Notes under the pieces: generated by a model
Told to the model about the DNA's origin: nothing
Seen by the model: only the letters and a program-made list of their open reading frames with translations
Databases searched by the model: none
Assembly (NCBI GenBank): GCA_040767965.1
Contig: JAXGNR010000004.1
Coordinates: forward strand, 96,001 to 160,000
Direction: 5' to 3'
DNA length: 64,000 bases
Origin: Atribacterota bacterium
Lineage (GTDB): Bacteria; Atribacterota; Phoenicimicrobiia; Phoenicimicrobiales; Stramentimicrobiaceae
In this document: positions 51,763 to 61,823 of the stretch, piece after piece
Numbering within the stretch: the stretch's first letter is position 1
How the letters are laid out: each line of letters begins with the position of its first letter
Program-made: the position numbers and the translations under genes

Positions 51763-52836
51763 TTGAAAAAAGACCGTTTAGAGGGAAAGAAATTAATTAA
51801 AGGGTTAATTTTTTCTTTATTAATAGGTATTGCTGTTTTTTTAGTAGTTTTTTTATTTACAATTGATAAGAATACTTTAAAGAGCTTTCAGCATATGGAT
51901 GAAGAATTTCTATGGTTAGCTGGAATTGCAGTCTTTTTGTCTGTTATAGTAGAAGGCCTTAGAATACAGGTTACTGCACGGGCAATTGGAGAGAAAATCG
52001 GATTTTGGCAATCAGTAAAAGTGTTTTATATCAGTTTTTTCCTGGGAGGAATAACTCCTTATTATTCCGGTACTTTACCAGCCCAGATTCTTCTTTATTC
52101 CAAGAATGGGATTTGTATCGGGAAGGGTACAATGATAGCAACTTTAAGGCCGATTATAAAAACAATAATTTTTATGATATCAACACCAATAATTTTTCTC
52201 TACTTCGATGATTCATTAGATAAATATTTAGAGGATTTTGAAGTTCTTTCATGGTTTGTTTTGTTTATAGCTGTTATCTTCTCTTTATTGTTAATTATTA
52301 TTTTTATTTTAATTATGAAAAGTCCTGGAAAAATTAAAGATTTTGTCCAATGGATAAAAAAATATCATTTTTTTGAAAAATATCTAAACACACCTAAGAT
52401 TAAAGAAAAAATAGAAAAGTTATTCTTTCAGGTTAATCAATTTCACAACAGTTATAATCTTCTTTTAAGCCATCCCGGAGAAGTTGCCTTAATATTTGTT
52501 TATACTGCACTGTACTGGTTACTCTATTTTTCAATTGCCCCATTGCTACTCCTAGCAATGGACATTCAGTTAAATTTTTTACTGGTTATAATTATTCAGG
52601 TTATAATATTTTTTTTATTGCCTTTTTTGCCTACCCCGGGAGGAAGCGGAGCTGCAGAAATAGGATTTGCCTCTCTTTTTTCTTTTTTCGTTCCTGCTCA
52701 TCTATTAGGAATTTATGTAGGTGGTTGGCGTCTTTTTACCTTTTACTTGAACATACTTATCGGAGCAATTCTTAGTTTAACTGTGTTGAAAAAATATATT
52801 TCCTGGGATGATGAAATAAAAAAAGCAGAATGCTAA
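51763..52836 (+). CDS. UPF0104 / lysylphosphatidylglycerol synthase TM-domain (flippase-like) protein
   Basis: ITP..SG, PTPGGSGAAE, WRLFTFY. Confidence 0.88.
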   Translation: MKKDRLEGKKLIKGLIFSLLIGIAVFLVVFLFTIDKNTLKSFQHMDEEFLWLAGIAVFLSVIVEGLRIQVTARAIGEKIGFWQSVKVFYISFFLGGITPYYSGTLPAQILLYSKNGICIGKGTMIATLRPIIKTIIFMISTPIIFLYFDDSLDKYLEDFEVLSWFVLFIAVIFSLLLIIIFILIMKSPGKIKDFVQWIKKYHFFEKYLNTPKIKEKIEKLFFQVNQFHNSYNLLLSHPGEVALIFVYTALYWLLYFSIAPLLLLAMDIQLNFLLVIIIQVIIFFLLPFLPTPGGSGAAEIGFASLFSFFVPAHLLGIYVGGWRLFTFYLNILIGAILSLTVLKKYISWDDEIKKAEC

Positions 52837-52886
52837 AAATATTATTTAATATTTACTTTTAACAATCTGCTTTTAATTGTTCTGTT

Positions 52887-53624
52887 TTAGAATTTTTCTG
52901 CCAATAATTCCTGTGCTTTATTGCTATAATATGGATGACTGCTTTGGCTGGCTTTTTCTAACATTTCTTTTGCTCTTTCATCTTTGTTACGAGTGATTAG
53001 CAGTTCAGCAAAATAAACTAATCCTTGCGGGTTATCAGGGAAATGTTGGTGGTATTCTTCAAAATAACTTTCTGATCTTGGTGTTTTGCGGTATAGCTTG
53101 GGTAGCTGATGCCACATACGTCCTAATGCAAGAATTGGCCCGGCATCATCATACATTTTATTTATTTCATAAGCTTTCTCAAAAGCTCTTTCGGTTTTTT
53201 TCCGAAGACCTTCACGAATAGCCTTTAAAATACTTATCCCATCTGAATAAGTACCGGCAGACAGGCCATAAAAATAATGTCCTTCAACTTTTTCAGGCTC
53301 TAAATCTTGAGCTATTTCTGCATATTTTAATCCTTCTTTTCCATATTCTTTGCAGATATCTTTCCAGTCTTCAATTCCTGCTTCTATAGAAAGATCAGCA
53401 TATTCCCTTAAAGCCCTGGCCATTTTCCAGTTTGCCTCATAACTTTCCGGGTTTGCTTCTACTGCTTTACGATAAAGAGGAAGTGAATCAACTACACTTT
53501 CCAGGTTGTCTTTTATGTAAATAGCATCTGCTTCAGCAAGATAATCAGTTGACATAGAGTTAACTGGAAAACAAACAAGTAAAGAAATGGTTATTACAAC
53601 AAGTGAAATGATAAATTTTTTCAT
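52887..53624 (-). CDS. Exported TPR-repeat protein
   Basis: GGAGG RBS, signal peptide, helical repeats (ANWKMARA, GHYFYG, ALGRMWHQLP). Confidence 0.75.
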   Translation of the reverse strand: MKKFIISLVVITISLLVCFPVNSMSTDYLAEADAIYIKDNLESVVDSLPLYRKAVEANPESYEANWKMARALREYADLSIEAGIEDWKDICKEYGKEGLKYAEIAQDLEPEKVEGHYFYGLSAGTYSDGISILKAIREGLRKKTERAFEKAYEINKMYDDAGPILALGRMWHQLPKLYRKTPRSESYFEEYHQHFPDNPQGLVYFAELLITRNKDERAKEMLEKASQSSHPYYSNKAQELLAEKF

Positions 53625-53774
53625 ATTACCTCCGAATATTTTATTTTTAAAAAGTTTTATCATTTTTCTAAATTATTTTTTATATCAATATCACTACTGC
53701 TGGCATTTGTCAAGAATTCCTAAAATTTATTATATTTTTAAAATGAACAAAATAGAAAGATTTTTCAAAAAATC

Positions 53775-53820
53775 TTGACAAAAAAAGATATATCATTTAT
53801 ACATATGAATATAAATTCAT
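53775..53820 (+). promoter_or_regulatory. Putative tetR promoter and operator
   Basis: TTGACA-17-TATACA followed by palindrome ATGAAT-ATAA-ATTCAT. Confidence 0.5.
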
Positions 53821-53869
53821 AAAAATATATTAAAAAATTTTGATATCTATATTTGGAAATGGAGCAAAA

Positions 53870-54409
53870 ATGCCAAAAATATTAGATAAAATAGAAGAAA
53901 AAATAAATCAATCTGCGTTTAAATTGTTTGCAAAAAAAGGCTATAGCCATGTTACCATGAAGATGGTTGCCAATGATGTGGGGATATCAGTAGGAACTCT
54001 CTATAATTATTTTTCAAATAAAGAAGATCTTTTTTTAGCTGCTTTCAAACAAAGCTTTAATCAAATGCATGTTACATTAGAGAATATAATTGAAAAAGAG
54101 GGAAGTCCCCATGAATTTGTTTCAGCTCTTTATAATGAGGTAGTAAATATAAAAGGATTTAGCAGGGAATTCCTGCGAAATAAAATAAATCATAAACTTA
54201 TGGCAGAATTGAAAAACCATTTTTTGATCTTAATGAGATCTCTAATTGATAGAGCAGAGCAGAAAAATAATTTACATATTACAGTTAAAGAAAAGGAACG
54301 TCTGGTTAGATTATTAATTGTGGCTACTCATGATTTTGCTCGGGAGTTTCCAGCAGACAAAGAAGAAAATATTAACTTCATTTCTAAATTGATTGAAAAA
54401 ATTGGTTAA
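53870..54409 (+). CDS. TetR/AcrR family regulator
   Basis: GYSHVTMKMVA...SVGTLYNYFSNKEDL. Confidence 0.9.
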   Translation: MPKILDKIEEKINQSAFKLFAKKGYSHVTMKMVANDVGISVGTLYNYFSNKEDLFLAAFKQSFNQMHVTLENIIEKEGSPHEFVSALYNEVVNIKGFSREFLRNKINHKLMAELKNHFLILMRSLIDRAEQKNNLHITVKEKERLVRLLIVATHDFAREFPADKEENINFISKLIEKIG

Positions 54410-54445
54410 TCTTTAATCTGCTTCTGTCAATTTAGATGCAAGAAT

Positions 54446-54514
54446 AGCAAAACAAAAAAATAAGTACAATAAATACTAAAAACAGTTCAATCTATTGTAC
54501 TTATTTTTTTGCTA
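54446..54514. terminator. Hairpin between convergent genes
   Basis: AAAAAATAAGTACAATA...TATTGTACTTATTTTTT. Confidence 0.6.
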
Positions 54515-54585
54515 TCAAATATCTTTTAATTTTTCAAAAAACAGAAATAATAAATATTAAATTTCAAATATTTTTATTAAAAATA

Positions 54586-55356
54586 TTAATGTCCAATTAA
54601 ATTAAATCTACCACCGTTTGAACCAATAATTTCAGCAGTAATCCAGGAAGAATCATCAGAGGCTAAAAATAAGGCTAAATGAGCTATATCTTCAACTGTT
54701 CCCAATCTGCCCAATACAGACCATTTTTTACCACCTTCAATAAATTTTTCAACTTCTTCCGGAGTTCTGGTGCTACGAACAATTGAAGTTAATATTCTGC
54801 CTGGGCAAATAGAGTTTACATTAATACCATAAGGTCCTAATTCTATTGCTGAAGATTTTGTAATACCATTTACTGCAAATTTTGAAATTGCGTAAACTGA
54901 TTGACCTTCTGCAATTGCTCCTAATGATGCTGTAGAAGAAATATTAATTATTTTTCCATATTTTTTTTCTTTCATATGTCTTGCTACAGCTTGTGTGCAA
55001 AAATAAACACCCTTAACATTAGTATCCATAACAGCATCATAATCTTCTTCCGGGAATTCGGTGATAGGTATTTTCCTGCTGATGCCTGAGTTGTTAACTA
55101 AAATATCAATTTTCCCAAACTCGGCTATAACCTTTTCTACCATCTCATCGATTTGCTGTTTGATGCTGACGTCTGCTGGAACTGCAATGGCATGTCGGCC
55201 TTTTTCTTCTATTTCTTTGCATACTTTATTTAAGTTCTCAACATTTCGGCTGCTTACTGCCACATCAGCCCCTTCACTTGCAAATTCCAGAGAGATAGCT
55301 CTACCAATTCCGGTACCTCCACCTGTAACCAATGCTACCTTATCCTTTAGTTTCAT
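54586..55356 (-). CDS. Short-chain dehydrogenase/reductase (FabG-like)
   Basis: TGGGTGIG, NNSG, YAISK, ICPG. Confidence 0.92.
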   Translation of the reverse strand: MKLKDKVALVTGGGTGIGRAISLEFASEGADVAVSSRNVENLNKVCKEIEEKGRHAIAVPADVSIKQQIDEMVEKVIAEFGKIDILVNNSGISRKIPITEFPEEDYDAVMDTNVKGVYFCTQAVARHMKEKKYGKIINISSTASLGAIAEGQSVYAISKFAVNGITKSSAIELGPYGINVNSICPGRILTSIVRSTRTPEEVEKFIEGGKKWSVLGRLGTVEDIAHLALFLASDDSSWITAEIIGSNGGRFNLIGH

Positions 55357-55657
55357 TGAGTCCTCCTTTTATTTTTATTCAATACATTAATTATAACAAC
55401 AATTTGTTCTGTTGTCCTTATGCTTTTGCCTTGATATCATAAAATACATTAAATATCTGAAAGAGTTTGCAATTATACAGTGAATATAATATTATACTAG
55501 CATAATATAAATATATTAATATATCCCATTACAAATAATCAGATGGGGAATAGTAAAATAGACAGAATAAATGTAAGCTGTTTTGTTCTGTTTAAAAGAT
55601 TATACTTATAATATGAGCAATTCAACAAAAATAAAAAGTGAAATTTAATGAAAACCT

Positions 55658-55848
55658 TTGACAAAAAGCAATTTTACATGATATTATTTATCATAATCTA
55701 GAAAAGGGATTTGCTATAAATATAATATTTATGAAGGCGCAAAAAACAAACATTACCAAGCAAGACAAACAGCAACAGCAAAACAGAAGAGTGTTTATAT
55801 ATTGATAACTTTAACACAGCAGATATATTTTGCTGTGTTTATTTTTTT
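55658..55848 (+). other. Short promoter-to-terminator unit (sRNA or 24-aa Gln-rich leader peptide)
   Basis: TTGACA(55658)...TGaTATTAT(55682); ORF 55731-55805 MKAQKTNITKQDKQQQQNRRVFIY; terminator AACACAGCA...TGCTGTGTT plus U-tract. Confidence 0.5.
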
Positions 55849-56114
55849 AAAAATACATTTGGAGTTCTTTTAAAATAAAATTAAAGAAAATAGCAAAGAG
55901 GGTTTCAGGGATTTTTCCTTGACTATCCTGAATTATTACTTATAACTATGTAATATAACAGGAGGTATTAAAAAGCATGTAATACTGGAAACATCTTTGA
56001 AAAAGGAAAAGGTATTTGTGAAAAGGTAGGAAAAAGTGTTTAAAACGTTATTAGGAAATGATTTTTTTACAGAAAAATTTCAAAAACCAAAAAACAAAAA
56101 GGCGGTGTAAGCAA

Positions 56115-56468
56115 GTGCAAGTTACAGATGTAAGAATTAGAAGAATACAAACTGACGGAAAATTAAGAGCATATGTTTCAATAACATTTGATGACTCTTT
56201 TGTTGTTCATGATTTAAGAATAATTGATGGTAGAAAAGGAATGTTTGTAGCAATGCCCAGCAAACTCCTTCCTAATGGGAACCACAAAGACATAGCTCAT
56301 CCCATCAATACTGAAGTAAGAGAAATGATCCAGAACGCAGTATTGAAAGAATTTCAAGCAACAGAAGGTCAAGAAGAACAATCTGCAGGATCTGATTCTT
56401 TAGGCGGAGAACTGGATATGAACGTGGATGACATTTCTGTAGATTTAGATGATGAAGAAAAAGAATAA
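56115..56468 (+). CDS. spoVG: SpoVG nucleic-acid-binding protein
   Basis: [30 protein letters not shown]; GTG start. Confidence 0.93.
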   Translation: MQVTDVRIRRIQTDGKLRAYVSITFDDSFVVHDLRIIDGRKGMFVAMPSKLLPNGNHKDIAHPINTEVREMIQNAVLKEFQATEGQEEQSAGSDSLGGELDMNVDDISVDLDDEEKE

Positions 56469-56598
56469 CAATTTATCTTGAAATATAAATAGTTTTGTTT
56501 ATAATAGAAAATGGTTTTACCATTAATTTTAATAAAGTAAAAAATTTATCTAAAATTTATCTAAATATAAATATTACTTATAAAAATATATTTATGGA

Positions 56599-56673
56599 TG
56601 GGGTGTGGCCAAGCGGCAAGGCAAGGGAATTTGGATCCCTCATTCGGAGGTTCGAATCCTTCCACCCCAGCCA
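56599..56673 (+). tRNA. tRNA-Gln (TTG)
   Basis: TGGGGTG/CACCCCA acceptor stem, AGGGA/TCCCT anticodon stem with loop ATTTGGA, GGTTCGAATCC, encoded CCA. Confidence 0.95.
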
Positions 56674-56787
56674 AATATATTGAATTTTTAAACTATACTA
56701 ATAACTAATTAAAATAGAAAACATTATAACCTCAGTAAATTTTACCTTTTCTAAATTTTCTGAAAACACATTTGGTAGGATTATGCC

Positions 56788-58167
56788 ATGGAATCAATTT
56801 CTTCAATAATTTTAGCAGCTGGCCAGGGAACAAGAATGAATTCCGCCTTTCCTAAAGTGCTACACCAGTTAGCTGGTAAGCCCATGCTCTATTATCCTAT
56901 AGAGCTTACCAGGAAGTTGAATATAAAAAAAAGATTATTAGTTATTGGTTTTCAGGCTGAAAAAGTTAAAAAAAACACTAGCTGTTTTGCAAATGATATA
57001 ATTTATGTTTATCAAGAAAGGCAATTAGGAACTGCTCATGCGGTTCTGCAAGCAAAACCATACCTGGCTGATTTTGAAGGTACTATTTTAATCTTATCAG
57101 GAGATGTGCCTTTATTAAGATATGCTACTACAAAAAGAATGCTTTCACATCATAAAAAATCCTCTTCTGCCTGTACTTTGCTAACTGTTGATATTGAAAA
57201 CCCGGAAGGGTATGGACGAATCATCAGAGATTGCCAAAAAAAGATAACCGGCATTATCGAACAATGTGATCTGTCTGAAGATCAAAACGCAATAACAGAA
57301 ATTAACACAGGAATCTATTGTTTTAATGCCAGAGAATTGTTTTCATCTTTAGCTGAAGTGAATCAAGAGAATAATCAACAGGAATATTATTTAACTGATA
57401 TTATAAAAATATTTATTGATAAGGGATTGCTGGTAACAAGCATAACTACTCAGGATAAAAAAGAAATTAGCGGAGTAAATAGCCGCATAGATTTAGCCAG
57501 AGCAAACAAAGAAATCTATCTTAGAAATGCTATCGATCATATGGCTAAAGGGGTTACTATAATAGATCCAGAAAATACCTATATCGAAGATAATGTAAAG
57601 ATTGGCCGAGATACCGTAGTGTATCCTTCAACTATAATTACTGACGGTACAGAAATTGCTGAAAAATGTCAGATTGGTCCATATTCGCATATTGTCAGTT
57701 CTTTTATTGGAACAGAGACTAAAGTGTATTCATCGGTCGTGGAAAATAGTATTGTGGGAAAATATACATCAATTGGTCCATATTCCCATATAAGGCCAAA
57801 GAGTGAAATTGGTGATCAGGTGAAAATTGGTAATTATGTGGAAATAAAAAAATCAAATATAGAAGATGGATGCAAGATTGGGCACTTAACTTATTTAGGT
57901 GATGCTTCTCTAGATAAAAATGTAAACATTGGAGCAGGAACTATTACCTGTAACTATGATGGTAAAAACAAAAATACTACCACTATTGAAGAAAATGTTT
58001 TTATTGGCAGCAATAATTCCCTGGTAGCCCCTGTGAAAATTGGGAAGAACTCCTATACTGCTGCAGGTTCTACCATTACCCAGGATGTCCCTCAGGAAAA
58101 CTTAGCAGTTGCCAGGGCTCGTCAGAAAAATATTGCCAATTGGGCAAAAAATAAAACAAAAAAATAA
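56788..58167 (+). CDS. glmU: Bifunctional UDP-GlcNAc pyrophosphorylase/acetyltransferase
   Basis: LAAGQGTRM, PKVLH, EYYLTD, hexapeptide repeats, CNYDG. Confidence 0.97.
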   Translation: MESISSIILAAGQGTRMNSAFPKVLHQLAGKPMLYYPIELTRKLNIKKRLLVIGFQAEKVKKNTSCFANDIIYVYQERQLGTAHAVLQAKPYLADFEGTILILSGDVPLLRYATTKRMLSHHKKSSSACTLLTVDIENPEGYGRIIRDCQKKITGIIEQCDLSEDQNAITEINTGIYCFNARELFSSLAEVNQENNQQEYYLTDIIKIFIDKGLLVTSITTQDKKEISGVNSRIDLARANKEIYLRNAIDHMAKGVTIIDPENTYIEDNVKIGRDTVVYPSTIITDGTEIAEKCQIGPYSHIVSSFIGTETKVYSSVVENSIVGKYTSIGPYSHIRPKSEIGDQVKIGNYVEIKKSNIEDGCKIGHLTYLGDASLDKNVNIGAGTITCNYDGKNKNTTTIEENVFIGSNNSLVAPVKIGKNSYTAAGSTITQDVPQENLAVARARQKNIANWAKNKTKK

Positions 58168-58202
58168 GTTTATGTTATATAAAATTCAAGGAGGAAAAAA
58201 CT

Positions 58203-59168
58203 TTGACTGCATATCCTTATAGGGAATTACAGGTTTTTTCTGGAAATGCTAATCCAGCCTTAGCTGAGGAAATAGCTACTCATCTAGGAATAAAATTAGG
58301 CAAAGCGGAAGTTTCAAAATTTCCTGATGGCGAATTTCATGTTAAAATTGATGAAAGTGTTAGAGGAAATGATGTCTTTTTAATCCAGCCTACCTGTCAT
58401 CCGGTTCATGAACATTTAATGGAACTGTTAGTCATGATTGATGCTCTAAGACGAGCCTCTGCGGAACGTATTACTGCAGTTATGCCATATTACAGTTATG
58501 CGCGTCAAGACAGAAAAACCAGACCCAGAGAGCCTATTACCGCTAAATTGATTGCAAATTTATTAGTCCACGCAGGAACTGATCGGGTTTTAACAATGGA
58601 TTTGCATGCAGCGCAAATTCAAGGATTTTTTGATATCCCGGTAGATCATCTAGAGGCAGCATCAATTTTATCTGATTATTTTAAAGAAAAAGATTTATCT
58701 AAAGTAGTTGTTGTTTCTCCAGATGTAGGGGGAACTGCTAGAGCGAGAAATTTTGCTGGCCGCCTGGATAAACCAATCGCCATTATTGATAAATACAGGG
58801 AATCTGATACAAATGTAGAAATAATGCACATTGTTGGGAATGTTAAAGATAAAATTGCAATTATTGTTGATGATATGATAGATACTGCTGGTTCGATAGT
58901 CAAAGGCAGTCAGGCTATTTTGAATGCTGGAGCAAAAGAAATTTTCATCTGTGCTACCCATCCAGTTTTTGCAGGTCCAGCCAGAGATAGGCTGGAAAAG
59001 CACTGGAAAGAAGGATTGTTTAAAGAAGTAGTTATAACCAATACTATTCCCGTTCCAAACGAGAAAGCACTTCCCTGCATAAAAGTACTATCTGTTGCAA
59101 AATTATTTGCAGAATCAATCAAAAGGATTCATAATAATAAATCTATCAGTGAAATATTTCGTAGATAA
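58203..59168 (+). CDS. prs: Ribose-phosphate pyrophosphokinase
   Basis: YARQDRK, DLHAAQIQGFF, SPDVGG, DDMIDTAGS. Confidence 0.97.
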   Translation: MTAYPYRELQVFSGNANPALAEEIATHLGIKLGKAEVSKFPDGEFHVKIDESVRGNDVFLIQPTCHPVHEHLMELLVMIDALRRASAERITAVMPYYSYARQDRKTRPREPITAKLIANLLVHAGTDRVLTMDLHAAQIQGFFDIPVDHLEAASILSDYFKEKDLSKVVVVSPDVGGTARARNFAGRLDKPIAIIDKYRESDTNVEIMHIVGNVKDKIAIIVDDMIDTAGSIVKGSQAILNAGAKEIFICATHPVFAGPARDRLEKHWKEGLFKEVVITNTIPVPNEKALPCIKVLSVAKLFAESIKRIHNNKSISEIFRR

Positions 59169-59299
59169 ATTTTTAAGTTAAAATTAGAATAATTAGAATA
59201 AAATTGCATATTAAGCTATAATATAAAAATATACAAATACATTTAATAATTTAAATATGTTTAAATAATTCGAAAAAAGAAGCGGAGGAAAACCGAATT

Positions 59300-59971
59300 A
59301 TGAAAAGATTAAAATTAGTAGTTGAGACCAGAGAAGGTAAAGGGAAAGAAATAAATAAAAAACTTAGAAAAACAGGTTATGTTCCTGGAGTTTTTTATTC
59401 TGCTCACGATAAAGATACTATGCTGCTTAAGATACCTGAAAAAGAGTTGCACCAATTCCTTTCAGATAAAAAACATTCACATGGTATTATTGACTTAAAA
59501 ATAAAAAGCAGCAGCGCCAAAGATACCACAAAATTGGCAGTAATAAAAGATTTTCAATATGATTCAATAAAAAGAAGAATTAACCATTTTGATTTCTTTG
59601 GTGTTACTATGAAAGAAAAAATAACCTTACAGGTACCATTTACATTTGAAGGAGAGCCAAAAGGAATTAAAGAAGGTGGAATTCTGGATATATCTTTACG
59701 TGAAGTAGAAGTTGAATGTCTTCCCATAGATGCACCTGAGGCAATCATTATTGACCTTAGTCAATTAGGATTCAATGATGTTCTTTCTCTCAGTGACATA
59801 GAAATGCCTAAAGATGTTAAAGTTTTGACAGAACTGGATAGAACTATTGCTTCAGTGGTTGCTCCTTCAAAGGAAGAAGAAGTCGTCGAAGAAGAGGAAG
59901 AAGTTACCATTGAAAGCAAAGAAAAAGTAAAAGCTAAGGCAAAAGAAGAAACTGAAGAAAAAGAAGATTAG
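59300..59971 (+). CDS. rplY: 50S ribosomal protein bL25/Ctc
   Basis: LRKTGYVPGVFY, HFDF, GIKEGG, acidic tail; prs-ctc-pth synteny. Confidence 0.92.
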   Translation: MKRLKLVVETREGKGKEINKKLRKTGYVPGVFYSAHDKDTMLLKIPEKELHQFLSDKKHSHGIIDLKIKSSSAKDTTKLAVIKDFQYDSIKRRINHFDFFGVTMKEKITLQVPFTFEGEPKGIKEGGILDISLREVEVECLPIDAPEAIIIDLSQLGFNDVLSLSDIEMPKDVKVLTELDRTIASVVAPSKEEEVVEEEEEVTIESKEKVKAKAKEETEEKED

Positions 59972-60016
59972 GAATTTTTAATTTTAAACAAGAAATAATA
60001 CTAAGGTTGTGATAGT

Positions 60017-60628
60017 GTGAGGTTAATTGCAGGGCTTGGTAATCCAGGAAACCAGTATCAGGAAACCAGACATAATGTTGGGTTTAAAGTGCTGGATGAA
60101 TTTCTAAAGCAATCTATAATTCCTGAGAGCGATAACTTGCAATGGAAAAATAAATTTTTTGCCAAAATAATTAATATCCAATACAAAACAGAAAAAATAA
60201 TTCTGATGAAACCGTTAACCTTTATGAATCTAAGCGGTAAATCGATAGCGGAAGTAGTTAATTATTATGGGATTAAAAGTAGCCAATTATTGATCATTTA
60301 CGATGATATTCATCTTTCTTTGGGAAGAATCAGAATTAGACAAAAAGGCAGCTCAGGGGGCCACAAAGGAATTCAATCAATAATTGACTGCTTAAAAACT
60401 GAAAATTTTCCAAGATTACGCATCGGTGTAAAAAATGATTTTTTGTTGAAAAATATAGATCAACCTTCTTTTGTATTATCAAGGTTTTTACCAGAAGAGA
60501 AATTCACTCTAGATAAAAGTGTGGATCTGGCAATTATGGCTATCAGAGATATTCTGGATTTTGATTATCAGTATGCTATGGGGCAATACAACAAAACAGA
60601 AAATAATGATGATGAAAAGGACGTTTAA
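60017..60628 (+). CDS. pth: Peptidyl-tRNA hydrolase
   Basis: GLGNPG, TRHNVGF, TFMNLSG, GSSGGHKG, RLRIGV. Confidence 0.96.
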   Translation: MRLIAGLGNPGNQYQETRHNVGFKVLDEFLKQSIIPESDNLQWKNKFFAKIINIQYKTEKIILMKPLTFMNLSGKSIAEVVNYYGIKSSQLLIIYDDIHLSLGRIRIRQKGSSGGHKGIQSIIDCLKTENFPRLRIGVKNDFLLKNIDQPSFVLSRFLPEEKFTLDKSVDLAIMAIRDILDFDYQYAMGQYNKTENNDDEKDV

Positions 60629-60725
60629 TAATAAAAGAAAATAATTACTAAAATTACAATGATATTTTGATTATGTTTTTAAAAGATTTTTTAAAAGAGA
60701 AAAATAATATTATCAGGAAGAAAAT

Positions 60726-61691
60726 ATGTTAAAAAGAATTGCTGTTATGACCAGTGGGGGAGATTCTCCTGGTATGAATGGTGCTATCAGGGCTGTTGTA
60801 CGTACCGGTATATTTTATGGTCTAGAAGTTTATGGTATTAAATATGGTTATCAGGGTCTGCTGGATAAGAATATAGCTGAAATGGATTTGAAAAGTGTTG
60901 GTGGTATTATGCAACTAGGAGGAACTATTTTAATGACATCCCGCAGCGATGAATTTGAAACCAAAGCCGGAGTTAAAAAAGGGGCAAACATTTTAAGAGA
61001 ATTTAATATTGATGCCCTGGTGGTAATTGGTGGAGATGGTTCTTTGGCTGGAGCCAGAGACCTGTATGAGCAGGAAGATTTCCCGGTTATTGGTATACCA
61101 GCCACTATTGATAATGATCTATATGGCACCGATACCTGCATTGGTGTTGATACTGCCTTGAATACAATTATTTCCGCAATTGATAAGATTAAAGATACAG
61201 CCTCTTCGCATCGCCGAGCCTTTATGCTGGAAGTAATGGGTCGAAATTCAGGTTATCTAGCCTTAATGAGTGGCATTGCCGGTGGAGCAGAGGCAGTAAT
61301 TGTTCCAGAATTTCCAGTGGATATTGACAAAATGGGAGAACAATTAAATAAAGGATACCAGAGAGGGAAATCCCATTGTTTGTTTGTGATGGCTGAAGGG
61401 GCAGGAGATGTTTATGCAGTCAGTAAAGCTATCAGTGAAAAAGTTGGATTTCAAATAAGAGTAACAATTTTAGGACACCTGCAAAGAGGAGGTTCTCCTT
61501 CGGTTTTCGATCGTATTTTATCAAGCAGATTAGGATCTGAAGCAGTAATACAACTTTTGGAAAATAAATACCATCACATGGTTGGCTTAATTGGCAATGA
61601 TACTAAGGTAACTCCTTTAGAGAATATTTTAACCAAAAAGAAAGAACTTCGTAAATCTTTATATAAGTTAGCTAATATCCTTGCCCAATAG
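60726..61691 (+). CDS. pfkA: ATP-dependent 6-phosphofructokinase
   Basis: TSGGDSPGMN, GGDGS, TIDND, MGR, LGHLQRGG. Confidence 0.95.
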   Translation: MLKRIAVMTSGGDSPGMNGAIRAVVRTGIFYGLEVYGIKYGYQGLLDKNIAEMDLKSVGGIMQLGGTILMTSRSDEFETKAGVKKGANILREFNIDALVVIGGDGSLAGARDLYEQEDFPVIGIPATIDNDLYGTDTCIGVDTALNTIISAIDKIKDTASSHRRAFMLEVMGRNSGYLALMSGIAGGAEAVIVPEFPVDIDKMGEQLNKGYQRGKSHCLFVMAEGAGDVYAVSKAISEKVGFQIRVTILGHLQRGGSPSVFDRILSSRLGSEAVIQLLENKYHHMVGLIGNDTKVTPLENILTKKKELRKSLYKLANILAQ

Positions 61692-61823
61692 AGAAACATC
61701 TAAACTTGCATTGAGAACAGATACATACCACCCAAAAAGCAATCAGTAATTTATGAATAAAAATAGAAGTATTTAAATTCAGACTTTGAACATAATTCAA
61801 AGTCTTTTCTTTTCACGAAAAAA

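Noticed and set aside
56115-56468. spoVG as evidence of sporulation
   Set aside because: SpoVG is widespread in non-sporulating bacteria, and no other spo genes are in the window.
56495-56683. 62-aa ORF in the track
   Set aside because: It overlaps the tRNA-Gln gene and is spurious.
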